Assembly: GCA_001949185.1 (NCBI GenBank)
Contig: BDGG01000010.1
Coordinates: forward strand, 1,311,773 to 1,375,772
Direction of reading: 5' to 3'
Length of the DNA: 64,000 bases
Source of the DNA: Ramazzottius varieornatus
Taxonomy: Eukaryota; Animalia; Tardigrada
Part shown: positions 25,091-37,200 of the stretch, piece after piece
Numbering within the stretch: the stretch's first letter is position 1
How the letters are laid out: every line of letters starts with the position of its first letter
Translations under genes and position numbers: made by a program
The notes under the pieces: generated by a model
What the model saw: the letters and a program-made list of their open reading frames with translations, nothing else
Databases searched by the model: none
What the model was told of the DNA's origin: nothing

Positions 25091-25299
25091 GGTTACATTC
25101 AATATACAGATTGTGAGCGAAAGCGCACTAGCGCAATTCGGTACGCACAGGAACATCGTGACATAATAGGAACAAGTTCGTCTCGTAGGCCCTGTGTTGA
25201 AAGAGTCGCACAATGTTTACATATGATGTTACGATGCTCGTATGCGTATCGAACTGTGCTAGTGCGCTTTCGCTCGCAATCTCTATAATGTTAGTGACC
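25091..25299. repeat. Long inverted repeat (about 85-bp arms, 39-bp loop), foldback/MITE-like, about 100 bp upstream of the AATF start
   Basis: Arm 25091-25174 is the reverse complement of arm 25214-25299, for example GAGCGAAAGCGCACTAGC / GCTAGTGCGCTTTCGCTC. It produces mirror-image ORFs in the track. Confidence 0.9.
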
Positions 25300-25395
25300 G
25301 ACAGATCACCGCATCAAATTCCATCTACGGGGAGATCGACGATCGTCACTCGACAGTACTACGCTGAGTACGCTCTGTCTGTTCATATCAGAAGG

Positions 25396-27271
25396 ATGAG
25401 TTCGGATGAGGAGATTGATGGCGCCGAAGATGGTGACTTCGAAGATGACGGCGACTTTGAGATGGACGAAGTGGAGGAAGAGGACGATGAAGGTACCGGA
25501 GCAGTGGATGACTTGGACGGGGACGAAGATGCATCGAGGGAAGCTGAGGATGTCAGCCACTTCTCAAAGCCATCCGTTAAAGACCCGCGGAGCAACACCG
25601 AACGTGGGGAAGCCGTCCGAACTCAACTAGGTAAGTAGTCTACGTTTTCTTACCGTTGTCACACTCAGCGCGAACGTTCTAACGCATGTTTGTACTGTAG
25701 CTCTGTGGGATGGATTGTTGGAAACCAGAATAAAGATCCAGAAACCGCTGTCTGTATGTAACACTCTGCCTCATCCCACCAACTCAGCGCTCTTCGTGGA
25801 CAGGATTGATGAAGCTAGCAGAAAGCAAATCGACGATGGTAGAGACAATAAAACAGTTGCACTTTCGGTTGACTACAGTATAATATTATGAGAGGCGATT
25901 ACCTATTTGGCTTTTTTCGTAGTTCTACATGAGCTTAGAGGGTTACTGGCAGAACTGGGAGAACTACATAGCGTGTTTCTCAAAGGAAATTATACTGTGC
26001 TAAGATCGTCGAGCAGGAGGGACAGCGACGAGGAGATCGAGTCTGACACGGAGGACGATGAGGCCGAAGATAAGTCAGTCTACCTGTCTGGTCGTATATA
26101 CTCACTTCGGCGTTTCTGTTTCTTGTCTGTACGATGTGCAAATTTTGACTTCTGTACAGGGACGGTGCGGACACAAGCTCTATGAATAAGTTCGCGAACA
26201 AGTCTATGGACCTGGAAGAAATGGAGAGGCTTCTGGAAGAGAACTACCGCAGTATGGAACCCTTCCGGTGCGTCTCGCTGAATCTTATGTGCCTAGCGGA
26301 TATGATTGACGTCGTTTACGGTTGCATCCGATTTTAATGGTTCTGTCCTCGTTGTAGAAACTCAACTCTAGAAACCTGGAACAGCCGGACACAACAGTTC
26401 GCAGTTGGGACCAAGAAAGGATTTTCGTCGTTCGAACAAGCACCTGTCAAGCAGATTTCGCAGGTACGGATAATTCCTGTCAGCGAAATTAGATCGAGTG
26501 TGAAACATCACTTGTGTGTTATCATTGTCTGATATGTTTCCTGCGGTAGGTTATGAGTGACAAGGGACGTTTGATTGAGAGGACTCAGATACCGCGCACG
26601 ACCTATCGTATTCTGGGATCCACAATGAACGTTTCTGCGGACAGCATCGCTGCAGAAAATGAAAACAAGGTAAGGTTCGTTTTCCCATAATTTTCTTGTC
26701 GAAGTTTTCATGCTGTATCTTCTCCTTACAGACGGAGAAGCCTTCGGAGCCCAAAGTTAACCCCGAAATATTCGATGACGATGACTTTTACCATACCTTA
26801 CTCAGGGAACTCATCGAGCGGAAATCCGGCGATACGACTGATCCTATAGAACTAAGCAGGTAAATGGGTTTCGTCAATTTCGAAGGAGAAATTACCTGTA
26901 TCTTGCAGAAAATAGTATCGCAGCATGATATTGTGTGGGATCTTGGTTACAGGCAGCAGATCCAACTTGGCCACCTGCGGAAACGGACGAAGAAGGTGGT
27001 GGATCCAAAAGCCAAGGGCGACCGGAAGTTGAAGTTCGATCCACATCCCAAGCTGATCAGCTTTATGGCACCTCAACGTGTCTGCTCCATTACAGAACAA
27101 GCCAGGTCAGTGCCGCCCGTACTACAGTATGCCTATGAGCTATTGACTGTGACCGAACCGTCTGTTTGCAGAGATGACATTTTCAAGTCGCTGTTCGGGA
27201 AGCTCCAACGAGGACCTGCGACGGTAGAGGGAGTGGGAAACGGACTGGTAGGACTACGGCTCGTTAGGTGA
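25396..27271 (+). CDS. AATF: AATF/Che-1/Bfr2 (SSU processome factor)
   Basis: Acidic N-terminus, [24 protein letters not shown] (AATF N domain), [20 protein letters not shown] and [34 protein letters not shown] (TRAUB domain). Confidence 0.93.
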
Positions 27272-28228
27272 TACAGTGAGACAAATTTACTTCCGGCTAA
27301 ATCTTAAGAGATGTTGTTTCGGAGTTTGAGAGATCGACAGGTTTTGTAAATTTGTGGTATTAGCTCGGTTCATCATCGAACCGTTCTTCCGCTCTATACA
27401 GCGTGCCGAACTGGTCACAGGTATTAGCGACATCGTAATAATCCCATTCTTTGAGCCTTCGGGGCGGTCTATTATTATCGTATACAGCCATTTTCAGTAT
27501 GACTCTCTGCTTCATGCATGAATAATTTATCGGCTGATTAAGCAGAAAACATGACAAGTCAACAGTGCTGGCCAGAAAGCGAAGAGCTCTAACATATTTA
27601 CTTGGTCATGGTTCGACGACTGTCGAATAACTGCGTGTTAATCTGCAACTTCCGATGTAGCTCCAACACCTTCGCTTTCGGCATCGTAATAATCGTACTT
27701 TTGAGATTCAGGGGGTTCCCAACAAAGGGGAACTAAACAGCAACTGTTTGGTGGGGCATAAACCTCTTTCAGGTAAGTCTGGTCTGCTTGACCCGACAAG
27801 ATCGACGAACGTTATGAAATAGTTCTTAGCAGGACTTTTTACTTGTTTTCTTGCTGAACTGATGAGTGGATTTTTGTGGTCCGAGAAGGAATTTGCGAAT
27901 GCGGCGGAAATGAGCGAAGGCTAAAACGACCGAAGCGACAGCTGGAGTTACAGTTCACATTCCGCGTTGCGCGTTATTGCATAGTTAGCGTGCTCGCTTT
28001 TCTTGTCGGACAATTTCATTCTACTCTTCGGTCTTATACTGCCATCGCAGACGGGTGTTTGTCTACTGCACCTCGCCGTCGTCATTCCTTATCAGCCCAA
28101 GATCTCTTGATTAGCCATGTCCGCTCCTCGTCCGTACTGTCCTGTCTGTTCTCCCTGATAAGACTACTTGAGCTTTTGCTGGACTGGCCTTGTAGACATT
28201 TCTTATCGTCTGTCCCACTGGCCCCACA

Positions 28229-31200
28229 ATGCCTCCTTCGTCGTCCAGCTCATTCTATCAACATGGACCGATTAGCGTCCCCACCTTCCTGTCGGCTATT
28301 AGGGAAGACTTGGAGCTTCGGACCACGGGGAACAACTCTGGATTCTCGGACGCCATGCCTTCGTGTCGAGCAAGAATACTCGCGGTGGACGAGGTAAGCT
28401 AAAAAATATGAAACTGTGCGTGGCATTTGGAAATTCTCCTTCGAGTAAACGCCGTTCGTTTCCGTTCTCCGTTTGGGAGAAGCTCGCTCTATCAAGGTGT
28501 TCCTGAAGAGAACCACAGGTTTAGCAGGGTTAGAACCACAGAGAAAAGGGGCATCTTCCAGCCAGAATGCACCATTTCGCCAAAGTCAGTGGATGGTGAC
28601 TTTACGAGGCACTTGGTCTCGTTACTCTCGTACGGCTGACTATTTTGCTGCTTGCTTGATGACGTCATGCGCTAGCTGTCACGTTCGTGTTACTGTGGCT
28701 CGACCGGAAATCAGGTGTTTCTTGACTTTTAAGAAGTTTCTGTTTGAGTCTTGGGGGTGTACGTGTTTTTCTTATACTTGGCAGGGTTTTGTTGGAGGTC
28801 TGGAACCTCTTCGCTTCGAACGGTTCAGATATGAGAAGAAAATTAGCATTTCTGTATTTGGTCTTCGGAGTCGTCGCCTGATTAACGACCGGTAATTACC
28901 AACGGTTCCTCAGATCGTTTTCAGCGAGACGCATATTTTGATGGAATGTTTTTTCACTTGAATGTTTATGGGTCAATATTCGACGGCACGTTTCGGCGAG
29001 AACTGGTGGGGCAATTTGTCACAGATGACTGACAAATAGCATTAGCGAACAGATCCCTTCAAGATGAGGCTGTAATGAAACCTTATCTCTCTGTAAAATT
29101 TCTTTTTAAGTGGCGGAACTGGAAAAATTTTCTGTTTTACAGTATTGCGAACGGGGGGTTTACTGTTTGCTGAACTAACTGAGAGATGAAAGAGGACGCC
29201 GTGAATGTTACCAGAGACAACACACAGAGTAACGTTTCGCGCTAGTTATAAATATGGTGAAAAGGAAAGGAAAGCATCACGAAGGATGAATGAAGTGGGT
29301 CAAATTGCTTCTTGACAGATCTGCCGTCAAGATCGAGACGAGACAGAACATAACTGCATATATGGCCTCTGCGGCGTCACTCCAGTGTTTGGAGTGTAGA
29401 AGCCTCACTGAAATTGATTGCATTTCAGCGCTGGACAAGCCATCAAGAATCATGGATTCCGCGGCAGATGTCTTTAGGAGTTAATGGAGCATTTTGCGAT
29501 CAATTTTTCTCAATTTTCGAAGAGGAAACGTCATAATTTCGACAATAATCGATGCCTTCTGTGATCTCCGATAATGTTTTTTAGCAACACCCAATTTAAG
29601 TCACGCATCATGTAGTGTACGATGTACACAAGAATACGCCACTACCCAGCTCGAGTTGCGCTCGGTGTATACAGCGTTACGCCGATACCCTGCATAATTC
29701 GCGCAATAGTGAGCGTGTGTAACGGAAGATGGCGCTGTCGAGAGAGAAGCTTGATGTCTTTGAGCACACCAGGGATACATGCATGCGTGATTTTTGGTAG
29801 GTATTTAATGATGGAGAACCTTGTAAGCGAACTAAGAGGAATTTGCGCGACACGAGTTTCTCTTTATCGATTTGATTTCCTTGTCTTCCCCGCAGTTGTA
29901 TCCCTGTAGGTATACAAGGGCAATGTGTCGAGATCAAAGTGCAAAGGTGCGTGTTCCGAACGAGAGAAGACACTGATCGATAGGAAAGGTACCTGCTTGA
30001 CTTCCGATAATATTTCCCGATAGAGAAGGGTATCTATACAAAGTGCTTGCGGTTATTAGTAGCCAAATCACCAACCGAAAGTGCGAGAAAATTGAACCAT
30101 CTCTTTCAACAGGCAAGCACGTGCTGTAATACACTTTCCGCTTAATTGGAGAATGCGTCTGATGTAATTGCGGTCGGTTTGGAGTGTCGACGTATATTGT
30201 TCTGTTAACTTCCTGGTTGCTTTTATAACGGACTAGTTTCCCTACAATGGTAAGCGTAAGACCGAACTGAATGTTAACCGCTGTGGTTTTCATGATGGGT
30301 TTGTTGTGGAGATGAAGTTGTTCGTTTTACAATTAAGTTAAAGTGCCGCGAGGCAAGTGAGGAACGAAATGCAGAATGTGCATACAAGCGTGGGTGGATT
30401 AAACACTAACATTAGCATTAAGTATGAGGGCTCTTCATCTGGCATTCTACACTCGCAGCATGGCGGCGTTGAGAGACTACCTGGTGCGTCAACGTGAATA
30501 GAGAGAACTGGTTTTCGTGAAGAAGGATTGACAAGGGGCCGTAGTCGCTTGTTTGTTCATGGATGGGTCTGCTATCCAAATATTGTACCATAACGTCGGG
30601 GATATGTCCTAATAACGCTTGCTGTTTGCTTGACTGGGTTTGAAAATGGATGAAATTTTATTGCGGTGTTGAAATACCACTGAGATTGACCAAGCGGAAT
30701 ATACTATGATGGCTTGCGCATCACGGAGACATGTGGTAAATATCCATAAATCTCTTTCATATTGATACTCAGTTTTTAGCAAGGGAAGGAATGGTGTTAG
30801 AAGCTCTCATAAACCCGCCTATCATTTCCTTTACCATAATAGTGGACAAAATGTATGCAAGTTCGTGAAAAGTTCTGGAGATGATAAATGTAGTGGAAGT
30901 CGCATGTTGGCACATGAGCTATGCGGGCGGATGAAAGGCTGTGACCGTGAGGACCTAGAGGATCATCCTCCCCCCTTTTGGTTCAGAGGACATGTACAAT
31001 AGGGATAACGATTGGAGTAGCTATCATTCCTCGAACAGGTCGCAAAGGTGGCGGAGGCCTTGCTCCTGTCAGCAGTACCGTGATTACCGATATATCGGTG
31101 TCGTTGACGCAAGTGAGGGATGTGAGGTCGTGCTGAAAAAATCAAGTCAACGAACGCTACGGGGAACCCTTCAACCCGGGAACCATAATCCGCTACTCTT

Positions 31201-34200
31201 TCAGTTTTTCGGTCAAGTTATTCGCCCTGATGAATTGGCTCAAATTTCCCTTGACACTGCAGAGGCAACCGACCGGCTTTCCATTATGTTGACTACACAC
31301 TCATCTTTCGTCGATAGGATTGTAGCTGTTTAGGGCTCAGAAGCTGCTTTGACTTAGAACGCAAAGCGTTCCTCAACGACCGGAAGTAAGTTGTTGCAGA
31401 TACTTTAACCCGGCTACTGTGGCGCATGCGCGAGGAAAGTAGGGCAACAGTTTCATGGTGTCTTGAAGAACTGGGCGGTACCATACAGGAGAACGTTGCG
31501 GTGGTCCGACATGGAATGAGGAAGACTGGGTTAACGAAGTACTTGAATCCGGACTCTGATATGCGTGACGATTTTAGTCGACGCAGCAAAGTAACAGATT
31601 GCAGTACTCCATAGCGCTCTTTATTGACTTTACAACTGGTTGGCTCAACCTCAGAGTACTCAGCATGCAATGTATCTTCATTCAGGCTGTTCTCCAGTTA
31701 CGGAGCTACCATTTTGATGCTTGACTTCCGTCTCGTGTCGGTAGAAGCTAGCAAGGGACTAAGCTTAGCTTGTATCGTCTCTGTTATAGTTTCGAGCGAA
31801 TGATCACAGTTGACGTGCTCGGTTGCATGAGGGAACCTTCAAGTGGATTACCTGCTCATTGCAACTCGTGCGGTGTATATCTACCTGCACTATCTGGCTG
31901 GCGAGAGTCTCTGAAATGGTGGCACTTTTAGACACGAACGCGTTCGTGAGAGTTATCTTGTCTTTACTCCTTTGATCTGTTCACTTTTCCACGTGATCGT
32001 CGACTGTCGATTTCCAACAGGAATTAATATTTGAAATCACTCCTTTATATTAATTAAAATCTCCGCTGATGGAAAAATGATGGCGACGCTTACGGCAATG
32101 GATACCAAGTCACGAAGACGTTCGGGGAACTTTTCCAACTCGTTGTATGGAAGCTTTCCTGCTGGGAGTTATGCTGGGCGATCGTTCACATTGCCGCATG
32201 GAAAGTCGTTTTCTGGTTACCGTGCTGTAAGTTCTTGCGAATGCGTTCGTTGCATGAGTCTTTTCACACTTCGAAGTTTCGGTAGTTGAGCGTTGTGGTC
32301 CTTTGTCTACCGAAAGCTGAGTAGACAATTAGCTCGAGCAAGGTGATGTGGTAATCTTCACTGGTGAGAACTCGGCAACCTGCTGAGTTCTTCATCAGTG
32401 CCTCACCTTCATCTGCGGAATTTGCAAAGTAGTATCAGAGTGAAGTGCCAAAATACGCGTGTGCGGATGGTCAGGATTAGTGATGTTGAAACGCCAGCGT
32501 GCGAAACTTTGCTTGTGGGCAGATTTGTAACACTTTTCTCAGACAAGTCCTTCTACTTCTGATAGTTTTCGTCGAAAGACCATCAAAAGAGTTCTCCACA
32601 ATTATTCTGGTGAGGTGCGTAAACTGACATGGCAATCAAGGCAGAAAGCAGAGGAAACCTAATTCAATCGTATACAAAATAACCTGCAAGTGCGCGAGGG
32701 TTGGAGTGATGGTTGTTCGACACTTCTTGTGGTTATCATCAAACGCTTATCATTACTGCTTTCGATAATTCAGTACGCTTGGCAAACATTACGGTATTAA
32801 TTTTGTTGACTTGTGTTTGGTTAGCATTTTGATTAGGCGGGTGCAGACAAGTTAGGGCCGCGTACAATGTTACGCCGTCCTCTAATCCAAGAGTGAAGAC
32901 TCATTTCAAGTACGCAACCACCGATATATTACTGAATAAATATATTACTGAATAAATCTTTCCACGTGGAAGCTTTGCAGGTCGCTAACAACATGCGTCA
33001 TAAACCATGGCTCCGAGTTGACAAAGTTCGACAAGTTTCTCGAGGAAGCTCTCAGAAGCCAAGAGGGGACTCTTAATTGGGATGACACGAAGAGCTAATT
33101 ACCATCCGCGGAGAACTTTTGTGAATTGAGGCAATTAAATGGAACTTGAGCTGTACTTGAATGGCGACGTTCTCGGTCGGTGCGTGACAGCCATCTTTGT
33201 GAAAGAAGGCTCTTCAGTAGCACACTTTTGGTGTCGCCCGGCGCTGTTCGCTGCAGGAGAGCGCACTCGCTTTCATCTGCCTAATATGTCATCCGCACTG
33301 ATATGACCCAACAGAAACGACGCCTAATTACATACAGTCCAACATATCCGCCCCTCCATCGGGCTAATTACAATCTACGACTAGACGTTTGACGCTTGAC
33401 AGATGACGCGATGCGTTATGCATTTCACTTTGATATGAAATAGATGAAGATGATTCTGCCCGGCAGACTTTTCTAACCGTGTAAATGGAAAGTGTCGCGA
33501 AAGCGTCAATTAGAAATCGACAGGCAATCAACTGATAAAGATTAATTCCGTAGATACTGTCGAAAGTGTAATGATAGACTTGTTTATTTAGACAAAACTG
33601 GAGCTCGGTTTCAGAGTCTCTCTGACATACCGTAGACGGCTTCATGAAGTTGTAATGAAATATGAGCTCGAAAAATGGCCATAATCAAACCTGATACTCC
33701 ATTGTCCAAGCTTATGAATAATAAATATGCAAAACTCAGTCAATTGTAATAAAAACACCAAATATGTTTGTGGGGTTTCATTGCGGCTTTCAACTAATTT
33801 GGTTGAATAACAGCGAATAAGTAAGAAATATCGCTTCCGTTAACAAGAGTAAAGCAGCAGTAACTAATTTTGAATAAAATGGAAGTTGTTCTTCCGCACG
33901 GTTGTTTAGTCAGACAGCTCTGATTGTCCAGAGCGAGTCATAAAGTGAACGAATTACCGTAGATTGGCAGGTCAAGTGAAAACAAGTTGGTCAGCTCACT
34001 AAGGTTACTGTGGATTTTAAAATTCATTTTCGAGAATGTGCTTTAGAGGTTTCTTGGAAGTTGTCGTAGACTGTTGCAAGCTTTATGTTGAAATTTTCTC
34101 GATGTCACCTTGGTAAGGAGCTGGCGTGCCGTATGACAAGATGTCCATTACGCATATACCTGGTACCCGGTAGAAAAGCTGACTGTCGAGACCCGCCTCA

Positions 34201-37200
34201 CCGCTGTAGAACTTCCTTACAGCAAGCCTTGCTTACAGAGTACCTCCAGGCTCTTCAGCTCTCGTTTTCGCTACTTCACAGCCGCTCGTATTTCTTATGC
34301 TGGTACCACCTCGTAAAAAAACGTCCATCTTGTTCTTTCGCGGCGTACTTCATAGCTTACCCATTGCTCTACCGGAAAGTCGACCCAGATTACGCGATAC
34401 AGTTTTGAGTCTCCGACGGATCAGCTGTAAACTAATCAGCCGGCCTTTAGCGTTCTTCGGTTTCACTCTTCTTGATCGTTCGAACTTCAGACTGAGGACA
34501 TTGTTGTTGAATTTTGGATACTCTTGGGATTTTTGCGCTCTTGATTGATGGGGAAAATATTTGACCTGGAATGATATCTCAGTAGCGCCGAAAGAAAAAA
34601 ATGGGAAGATCGATCAAAGTAGGATTTACGAATGTTGGATTTTCCTTCGGCCTCGTGTTATTATTGCCTTCGAGTTTATTTGTTGAACGCCCTTCGTCTG
34701 GATATGAGGGGTCTTTAAAACAACAAACAGTACTGTATCTTTGGACATTATATCAGTTTTTCTGTTTACAGGCCCTGGATACGGACCGGGAAGGATTACA
34801 AAAGCTGAAGAAGACCGTCAAGGCTATCGGCAATTCTGGCACGGGTATGCTCATTAATAATAAATAATTCCTCCTACTCGGCTCGATAATTTCGGAAGGC
34901 GGACAGTTTGGCTGTTCGGAACGACCAATTTTGAATGCCTAGAAAACTCACAGCCGCTTTTTTCATCTCACGAGAAGCAGTCAGAAGACCGGCCAGAGGT
35001 TTTCTGCACCTGCATGCACGAACCCACAGCATACGCAAGGGTTCGCGTATGCAGGTTTTTGAAGGACGGTTGCTTTTGTGTACGAGCTTCATAGCGATGC
35101 AGGGAAGTTTTATCTCTGCTTTCCGACATTGGACTTCTGTTCTTGTAGCTTTGAGTATCAGTGAAGCGGAGTTTGCACAATGTCTAAAAAATCTCGGGGA
35201 GATTGCGCTGACAAACGATGATCACCAGCCGGAGGCCCTCGGTAATTCTGTGCCCCTGCAATAAAGAAGCTCTGTGGACGGACACAAAAGAAATTTGAGT
35301 ATTTGAGTATGACATGCCATGTTGATATGTTCGTTGCTACAGGCAAAGGGTTCATCAATTTTGCTGGCTTGATGGATGCTGTCACGAAGCATTCCAGAGC
35401 AATGGTATGTTGTTGGCTCAAGGGCAGCTAACGTTGAATTACCCGTCAGGTTATTCACAGCTCGTACCCGCAAAGTGTCACTGGTCGCCCCTCTCATCTT
35501 TTGCCCTTTTTTGCAGTACCAAACCTTCACAAACTTGTTCCTGTACCCGCTGGACACATTGTTGAAAAATGAGTCACTGGCATCGAAAGGCGTAAGCAAG
35601 ACATTCGGAAACAATCCGCAATATTATTAATTTTTACCGTTCATTGTTTTTGTAGGACCTGAAGAAGGCCATTGACAAGGCATGGAAGGACTATGAAGTC
35701 AAGTCGTAAGTGGCTGAATATTTTACCGGCTGGTTTGACCTCCTTTGCTCAAGCTGTTTTTCCTTGATGATACAGTACCAAGGTCGAGAAGGAGAAAAAG
35801 CAAAACCTGAAAGAAAGCGGCCAGGCAAAAAACGACTATGTTACGCCAGCCGAGGTACGTTGCGATGGTAGTACCTTCCATCATCTGGTGTACCAGTTCG
35901 TTAACGACTCATTTGCGGTGAATGCAACCGTGAAAGTCTGACTTGTGTCTTCTCTGGGTAGTTGGCTGACGAGCTGTTGGAAGAACGCCGCATGTTTCAG
36001 CTGCAGATGTGCGAGGTGAGGTTCTAACGCAAACATGTCATAGTTTTGAGCTGTGTGACTATAGGGTAGTAATTTATTCGTACATTTTACTTTATTGCAG
36101 TGTTTGATCAAGGAAAACGACATTCGTTCACGCAAAGGAGTAGACCTGTTGAGTCATCTCATCGAGTATTATTACGCTTTGTTGGGGTAAGAAAACGACT
36201 TTAGTGCGTAATTACGCCGTCCATAGTCTCGCCCGTGACCATCAAAAGTCAGAAGTACCATGCTAAAAGCTTGACGGACCAGAATCCTAACTGTGCTGGT
36301 ATTGAACGTACCTGCATACATCTGAACTACACGAGCAAGTATGGGTCGAAGTATGCAGGTATAGGATAAGAACTATAGATCTCGCCCGCTGCTGCAGACT
36401 GCGAAGCCGTATTGTTTCGTAGGTATTTTGAGGATGGAATGAAGACGTTAAAAGATTATCAAAGTTTCATACACGACATTTCCGCCAAAGCACAAGAAAT
36501 GAAGAGCAAACAAGAAGAGGAAAAGAAGCAGCTGTATGAGATGCGGAAGTTGCTCAAGGGCGGATCCAACTCTGCGATTCTCCGCGACAAGACGGTAAAC
36601 GGCTGATTCTTCACCTTGTTTCTCACTCGTTAACGACTTTGGCGATAATTTATGTGAATAATTATTTATGGAACCGCAGTCGTCCGTTACCAACTTGGCC
36701 GCCACACCTGTCGTGACCAACGGAAATGCGCATACCGGTTACAACTTGCATCAACTGCAAGGAAATAAGTCTCATGGAACCAATAAGAAAGGAATCCTCT
36801 ACAAGAAATGCGAGAGCAAGATGAGAAGGAAACAATGGCAGAAAAGAAAGTGCGAAGTGAAGGGCGGTTTCTTGTCAGTTGCTCATAACGACGTAAGGAG
36901 AACCTGATTCAGTTTTACTACTTGTGTTATTGGTTTATCGTAACATAATTCTGATACCTATTGGTGCCATAACATTCACAGGAAACCAAATCACCTGTCA
37001 AGTTAAACCTGTTAACTTGTCAAGCAAAGGTATGTTTGAGAATCAAACGCACTCAACTAGGTCGTCGTTTAAGATACTCGGCCTTGAGCAGCGTCTTGTT
37101 CTCGCTTTACAGGTGGTCCTTGACGACAAGAGATGCTTCGACCTAGTGTCAAGTACGTTAATTACTCCATATAGTACCTCTTAAAGTCACGTTTGCATCT

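Noticed and set aside
24938-25395. Mirror-image ORFs and an N-terminal extension of AATF
   Set aside because: They are by-products of the 25091-25299 inverted repeat. The AATF-like acidic sequence starts at 25396.
32925-32956. 16-bp tandem duplication TATATTACTGAATAAA x2
   Set aside because: A simple local slippage duplication with no further structure.
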